From positions 5,608 through 69,607 of the forward strand of contig DGQA01000012.1 in assembly GCA_002390705.1 (NCBI GenBank): a DNA stretch of 64,000 nucleotides, read 5' to 3'. The notes beneath the pieces were generated by a model, which saw only the letters and a program-made list of their open reading frames with translations, was not told the DNA's origin and did no database searches. Shown one piece after another: positions 59,652 through 64,000 of the stretch. Source of the stretch: Actinobacteria bacterium UBA4426 (GTDB lineage: Bacteria; Actinomycetota; Actinomycetes; S36-B12). Both the position numbers and the translations under genes were made by a program. How positions within the stretch are numbered: position 1 is the first letter of the stretch; each line of letters begins with the position of its first letter.

Positions 59652-60560
59652 ATCCTTCTGCTCTTCGGTTTCACCAAACTTGCGTTCGAGTGCAAGCAAA
59701 ATTGTGACGAATGCGGCACCTGCGATAAAGAGCAGTAGCGCGATTCCGATTTGATCCGTGGGTGCGAGTAGCTCTCGCTCGGGCCCTTGCCACGGCCACA
59801 GAGCTCGCAAGGAACCGAGCATGAGACCGGTAATGATCACCAGGGTTACCCGAGCACGATTTTCCAGCAACCACTTAAGTAGTGACACGAAAATTGCGAG
59901 ACCGAGAATCGCTCCAAGAGCGAACACAATGAGATAGGTGAAGTTTCGATCGTTGACCGCTGCAATTGTTGGGTCATACATTCCTACTGTGAGCAACAAG
60001 AACGAACCCGAAACCCCTGGCAGTACTAGGGCGCAGATTGCGATCGAGGCCCAAAAGAAAACGACGATCAAGCTGGGGTCGGCCACGTTCCCTTGCGGTA
60101 AACCGGTCAAGAAGAATACGAAGACTGCAGAAATCAAGCCAAGTAGAACAAATGACGAGGACCAACCGCCCACCTTAGTAACCATGTGAGCGGGGACGTA
60201 GGTACCGGCAATCACGAGCCCGAAGAACAGAGCCTTCATAGCAATTGGTTGCTCGTCAAGCAATGGCTCAATGAGTTTTGCTCCAAGAATCACGGCGGCG
60301 CCCATCCCGATCGCAACTGGGATAAGTAGGCGCCATGGAAGTGACTTGAAAGTCGATACCGCGGTTTTGGTCGAAGCCTTCCCCGGGGCAAGCCCGACGA
60401 GCTGGCGAACACTGAGCACGAGGTCGGCGATCGAATTTATAAGCATCTGGTAGATCCCCACGATCAATGCGAGGGTCCCTCCGCTGACTCCGGGAACCAC
60501 TTCAGCTGACCCCATGAGGGCACCGCGACCAAGATTGGTAATGAATTTCAGCACTGCCAC
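59637..60560 (-). CDS. DUF368 family membrane protein
   Basis: The protein is polytopic and carries the duplicated signature VPGVSGGTLALI / LPGVSGSFLLL. Confidence 0.8.
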   Translation of the reverse strand: MAVLKFITNLGRGALMGSAEVVPGVSGGTLALIVGIYQMLINSIADLVLSVRQLVGLAPGKASTKTAVSTFKSLPWRLLIPVAIGMGAAVILGAKLIEPLLDEQPIAMKALFFGLVIAGTYVPAHMVTKVGGWSSSFVLLGLISAVFVFFLTGLPQGNVADPSLIVVFFWASIAICALVLPGVSGSFLLLTVGMYDPTIAAVNDRNFTYLIVFALGAILGLAIFVSLLKWLLENRARVTLVIITGLMLGSLRALWPWQGPERELLAPTDQIGIALLLFIAGAAFVTILLALERKFGETEEQKDLLET

Positions 60561-60566
60561 AGGCTA

Positions 60567-61214
60567 GTGGGTAAGTTCACTCCCGTGGATGAAGAACAGG
60601 CCGGCGAGCCCTTTGCCGTGATTGGTGTCGGACCGTGGGAGGGCAAATGGCCGAGCGGAGACCACTACGATCCGGATTTATTGCTCGAGGGGGACAAGCG
60701 CAATGTTGTTGATCAGTATCGCTACTGGAAACTAGAAGCGATCGTTGCTGATCTGGATACCAAGCGGCACCCGATGCATATTGCTATTGAAAACCTTGGC
60801 CACGACTTCAACATCGGGACAATTGTCCGTAGCGCGAATGCCTTCCTGGTCAACGAAGTCCATATTGTGGGCAAGAAGCGGTGGAACCGCCGTGGCGCCA
60901 TGGTGACCGATCGGTACCAGCACGTCCACCACCATGAACACGCAAGTGACTTCCTCAGGTGGGCAAAGTCAGAGAGTCTGCCTGTGATCGGCTTGGATAA
61001 TTTCCCTGGAGCGGTCAAACTTGAATCATTTACATTTCCCAAAAGCTGCGTATTAGTCGTTGGCCAAGAAGGAACCGGGCTGTCAGACCCCATGCGTGAC
61101 GGGTGCGATTCCCTCGTGGAAATCTCGCAATTTGGTTCCACCCGCTCAATAAATGTGGGCGCCGCGGCTGCAATTGCCATGCATGGCTGGATTCGAACCC
61201 ACGCGGCGCGCTGA
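60567..61214 (+). CDS. TrmH/SpoU family RNA methyltransferase
   Basis: C-terminal SpoU knot motifs are present (VVGQEGTGLS..., ...SINVGAAAAIAMHGW). Confidence 0.8.
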   Translation: MGKFTPVDEEQAGEPFAVIGVGPWEGKWPSGDHYDPDLLLEGDKRNVVDQYRYWKLEAIVADLDTKRHPMHIAIENLGHDFNIGTIVRSANAFLVNEVHIVGKKRWNRRGAMVTDRYQHVHHHEHASDFLRWAKSESLPVIGLDNFPGAVKLESFTFPKSCVLVVGQEGTGLSDPMRDGCDSLVEISQFGSTRSINVGAAAAIAMHGWIRTHAAR

Positions 61215-61313
61215 CACGGCTGCGATCGGTTACCTCGTTGTAATCCAAGCATGGAAGGATGAGGTCAATCAACCGTTCCCGTGCTCAAGCGGGCTAAGAA
61301 ATTTGGAGTGTAC

Positions 61314-62336
61314 ATGCCGATTGCATCCCCAGAGGTATATGGCGAAATGCTCGATCGCGCGAAGGAAGGTAAATTTGCCTACCCCGCGATCAACACCTCT
61401 TCATCGCAGACAATTGTCGCGGCAATCCGCGGCTTTGCCGAAGCAGAGAGCGACGGGATCGTTCAAGTTTCGTGGGGAGGCGCCGAATTTGCTTCGGGCC
61501 AAGGCGTGAAAGATATGGTTACCGGGGCCGTTGCCCTCGCTGAGTTCGCTCACGTTGTAGCTGCCAAATACGACGTGAACATTGCACTTCACACAGATCA
61601 CTGTCCACTGGACAAGTTACCAGGATTTATGGAACCACTTATTTCGGTCTCACAAGAGCGAGTTGTTAAAGGCCTTGCGCCGCTATTCCAGTCACACATG
61701 TGGGACGGCTCCGCCGTACCTCTCGCGGAAAACTTGGATATTTCAGAGCGAATGCTTGATGCATGCGTCAAAGCAAACATCATTCTTGAAATCGAAATAG
61801 GTGTTGTCGGTGGCGAGGAAGATGGTATTGAAGCCACACATGACGCGAAACTGTTCTCAACGGTTGAAGATGGACTTGAAACTGCGCAGCGGCTTGGTGT
61901 AGGTGAGCGAGGTCGTTACATGGTCGCTGCAACATTTGGCAACGTTCACGGCGTGTACAAACCGGGTAACGTTGTGTTGACTCCTGTGATCCTCAAAGAA
62001 ATCCAAGATGCAGTTGGTAAGGAGTACGGAGTGGATAAACCATTTGACTTGGTGTTCCATGGTGGATCTGGTTCATTGCTGAGTGAAATTCGTGAATCAC
62101 TGGATTACGGTGTGATAAAAATGAATATCGATACCGACACTCAATACGCATTTACCCGTCCAATTGCCAATCACATGTTCGTCAATTACAACGGAGTACT
62201 CAAAATTGATGGTGAGGTCGGCAACAAGAAAATGTATGACCCACGCGCTTATGGCAAAGCCGCAGAAGCCGGCATGGCCGACCGCGTAAAGCTTGCTTGC
62301 GAGGATTTGCGCTCTGCTGGAACGAGGATGAAGTAG
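61314..62336 (+). CDS. fba: class II fructose-bisphosphate aldolase
   Basis: The N-terminus is MPIASPEVYGEMLDRAKEGKFAYPAINTSSSQT... and class II FBA motifs run throughout. Confidence 0.95.
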   Translation: MPIASPEVYGEMLDRAKEGKFAYPAINTSSSQTIVAAIRGFAEAESDGIVQVSWGGAEFASGQGVKDMVTGAVALAEFAHVVAAKYDVNIALHTDHCPLDKLPGFMEPLISVSQERVVKGLAPLFQSHMWDGSAVPLAENLDISERMLDACVKANIILEIEIGVVGGEEDGIEATHDAKLFSTVEDGLETAQRLGVGERGRYMVAATFGNVHGVYKPGNVVLTPVILKEIQDAVGKEYGVDKPFDLVFHGGSGSLLSEIRESLDYGVIKMNIDTDTQYAFTRPIANHMFVNYNGVLKIDGEVGNKKMYDPRAYGKAAEAGMADRVKLACEDLRSAGTRMK

Positions 62337-62338
62337 CC

Positions 62339-62737
62339 ATGGATTCACAAAATTTACTTGGTGGTCCAGGACCCACACGCTTACCTGAAGGCGATGCCGC
62401 ACAAAGTGCACTCTCTGCCGGGGGCGATCCACGTGAAGTTGTCGCTCAATACCCCACGAGTTCACTTGCTTGGGCGATGCTAAGTGACCAGGCGTGGGAT
62501 AACAGTGACGTCATTGGGTCTTATGCGTTTGCACGAGTCGGCTATCACCGTGGGCTTGATGCGCTTCGTAAAAATGGCTGGAAAGGTTTTGGTCCGGTTC
62601 CATGGAGCCATGAGCCAAATCAAGGCTTCCTGCGCTGCCTCCAAAACTTGGGTAGAGCCGCTGGTGAAATCAATGAAAGCGACGAGAAAGTTCGAATCTC
62701 TGAGTTCATCGTGGAATGTGATCCAACACTTGCCTAA
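62339..62737 (+). CDS. DUF3151 family protein
   Basis: ATG 62339 begins 2 nt after the last base of the fba stop codon (TAG 62334-62336). The pattern (...SLAWAMLSDQAW...GYHRGLDALRKNGWKG...) is typical of the actinobacterial fba-linked DUF3151. Confidence 0.8.
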   Translation: MDSQNLLGGPGPTRLPEGDAAQSALSAGGDPREVVAQYPTSSLAWAMLSDQAWDNSDVIGSYAFARVGYHRGLDALRKNGWKGFGPVPWSHEPNQGFLRCLQNLGRAAGEINESDEKVRISEFIVECDPTLA

Positions 62738-63662
62738 ACACGTGCTGATCGCTGGCGCAGGAGTCACTGGGATTTCCTGCGCCATTGCATTGCGTGAGCG
62801 GGGAGTTCCTTTTCGAATTGTTAATAAAGGTCGCCGGGTTGGTGGCCGCATGGCTTCGCGTATTGTCCGTGATTCGGGCACACCATTTGATGGTCGAGTT
62901 TTTGACACGGGCGCTTCGTACTTCACAGTGAGTGAATCCGAATTCGCATCGGTTGTCGCCAAATTGGAAACTGCGGGTGTCGTGCAACCGTGGACGGATA
63001 CTTTCCATTTTGCTGACGCAGAAGGCATCGCCGGTGTGAAAACAGGGCCCATGCGCTATCGGGCCGAGGGTGGGATCCGCAGCGTTGTTGAGTATCTAGC
63101 TCGTGATCTGGTGATTGAAGAAGGTGAAATTACCAAATTGCCCACATCTGAACGACTAGCACTGTGCATGCCAACACCCCAAGCGGCTCGGGTGTTCCCG
63201 CCGGCGAGTGATCTGAGTTCAGCAGTGTGGGAACCGGTTATTTCGGTGTCGATGTTATTTGACCACGCTCATTGGAGTGATTTTGACGGAATCTTTGTCA
63301 ACCAGGATGCGCAAATTACCTGGATCGCGAATGATGGAGCCCGACGTGGAGACCAAGCACCGGCACTCGTTGTTCATATGAGCCCGGTCCTCTCTGCCGG
63401 TCACCTTGGGGATCCCAGTGAGGTGATTCCCATTGCAATAGCTCGTGTCCAGAAAATTCTGGGCTTCGACGAGGAACCCACGTGGTCACACGCACACCGG
63501 TGGACCTTTGCCAAGCCAATAGAAGGGACCACCTCATCGACACCGGGTTTCGTGCTGGGTGAAGTGTCACTCGCCAGCGATGAATTCAGTGCCCGGCCTC
63601 GGGTTGAGGCTGGTTGGCTCAGTGGTCGCGATCTTGGGCATGCCCTCGCTGATGGCGGATGA
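62718..63662 (+). CDS. FAD/NAD(P)-binding oxidoreductase
   Basis: The N-terminal dinucleotide-binding motif is VLIAGAGVTGISCAIAL. The start is uncertain, with GTG 62718 or GTG 62742 as candidates. The track ORF begins far upstream inside the DUF3151 gene. Confidence 0.7.
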   Translation: MIQHLPKHVLIAGAGVTGISCAIALRERGVPFRIVNKGRRVGGRMASRIVRDSGTPFDGRVFDTGASYFTVSESEFASVVAKLETAGVVQPWTDTFHFADAEGIAGVKTGPMRYRAEGGIRSVVEYLARDLVIEEGEITKLPTSERLALCMPTPQAARVFPPASDLSSAVWEPVISVSMLFDHAHWSDFDGIFVNQDAQITWIANDGARRGDQAPALVVHMSPVLSAGHLGDPSEVIPIAIARVQKILGFDEEPTWSHAHRWTFAKPIEGTTSSTPGFVLGEVSLASDEFSARPRVEAGWLSGRDLGHALADGG

Positions 63663-63694
63663 TCAGTCGAACCGCAATTCTGCTGCTGAAAAAA

Positions 63695-64000
63695 TTAGCG
63701 CAATTTCCCGCGCCAAGCCGAAAAAGACTTCACCGACTGCCCGTGCGGTTTTTTTAGCCACGGGTACGGGTGAATTTCGGCCAAATCTGTGAATTTCTGA
63801 AAACTGGGAACAGGCGCGTAGGTTACCGCCACTGGATTGTTGCGAGCAAACTCGGTTGGGTCGCCCAAATAGAGATGCACTTCCCGTCGCTGTGCTAAGT
63901 CTTTTAAAGTCTCGAGATAGAAAAGGATCCGCTGAGAAGACAACTGTAATTTGCGCAAGGCTGATTCGTTGAAAACAAAGACTACCGGCAAGTGTGGGTG
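63695..64000 (-). CDS. hypothetical protein, possibly 5'-truncated by window end
   Basis: The minus-strand frame is open from the window edge (HPHLPVVFVFNESALRKLQ...) to the stop at 63695. No family was recognised. Confidence 0.35.
   Translation of the reverse strand, partial: HPHLPVVFVFNESALRKLQLSSQRILFYLETLKDLAQRREVHLYLGDPTEFARNNPVAVTYAPVPSFQKFTDLAEIHPYPWLKKPHGQSVKSFSAWRGKLR

Overview
This 64-kb window looks like a medium-GC actinobacterial chromosome. The assignment is an inference from gene content: an HspR/HAIR-type dnaK operon, fba followed by a DUF3151 gene, an Rv0338c-type Fe-S reductase, and dcd, pyrE and clpB in a mycobacteria-like neighbourhood. All product calls come from my reading of the translated ORFs and their motifs. 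No database search was run.

Layout:
- 1-10.2 kb, housekeeping: AI-2E permease, tRNA-Gly(CCC), a DUF2237 gene, putA with a divergent AraC/PAS regulator, dcd, a membrane Fe-S reductase, and a DUF4287-like gene.
- About 10.3-46.9 kb, one contiguous monoderm-type flagellar island. It starts with an orphan NarL-type response regulator divergent from fliA/whiG. Then come three short flagellin paralogs, fliD-fliS, and flgN-flgK-flgL-fliW-csrA. A block of unknown or non-flagellar genes follows. Next is a long operon: NlpC/P60 hydrolase, flgB, flgC, fliE, fliF, fliG, fliH, fliI, fliJ, fliK, flgD, flgE, flbD, motA, motB, fliL, fliM, fliN, fliO, fliP, fliQ, fliR, flhB, flhA, an FlhF-like gene and a small membrane protein.
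- 47-64 kb, housekeeping: dnaK-grpE-dnaJ-hspR-clpB, an aminotransferase, a chagasin-type inhibitor, a secreted S1 protease, pyrE, a DUF368 gene, a TrmH-type methyltransferase, fba, a DUF3151 gene and an FAD oxidoreductase.

I saw no rRNA, CRISPR array, transposase or integrase.

The most interesting signals concern how the flagellar island appears to be wired:
1. A recurring TCAA-N15-GCCGAT motif with a sigma-28-like -10 precedes both early and late flagellar operons, and also a degenerate kinase-fold gene.
2. The FlhF homolog has all its GTPase motifs destroyed, and there is no FlhG.
3. A FliW-CsrA module is present, with GGA-in-hairpin-loop candidate sites in the leader of one flagellin gene and in the flgB leader.
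4. FliM lacks the N-terminal CheY-docking peptide, and no che genes are in the window.
5. An NlpC/P60 endopeptidase sits in the FlgJ position.
6. No distal-rod (FlgF/FlgG type), FlgM or FlhG genes are visible.

All of these are sequence-level inferences that need experimental or database confirmation.
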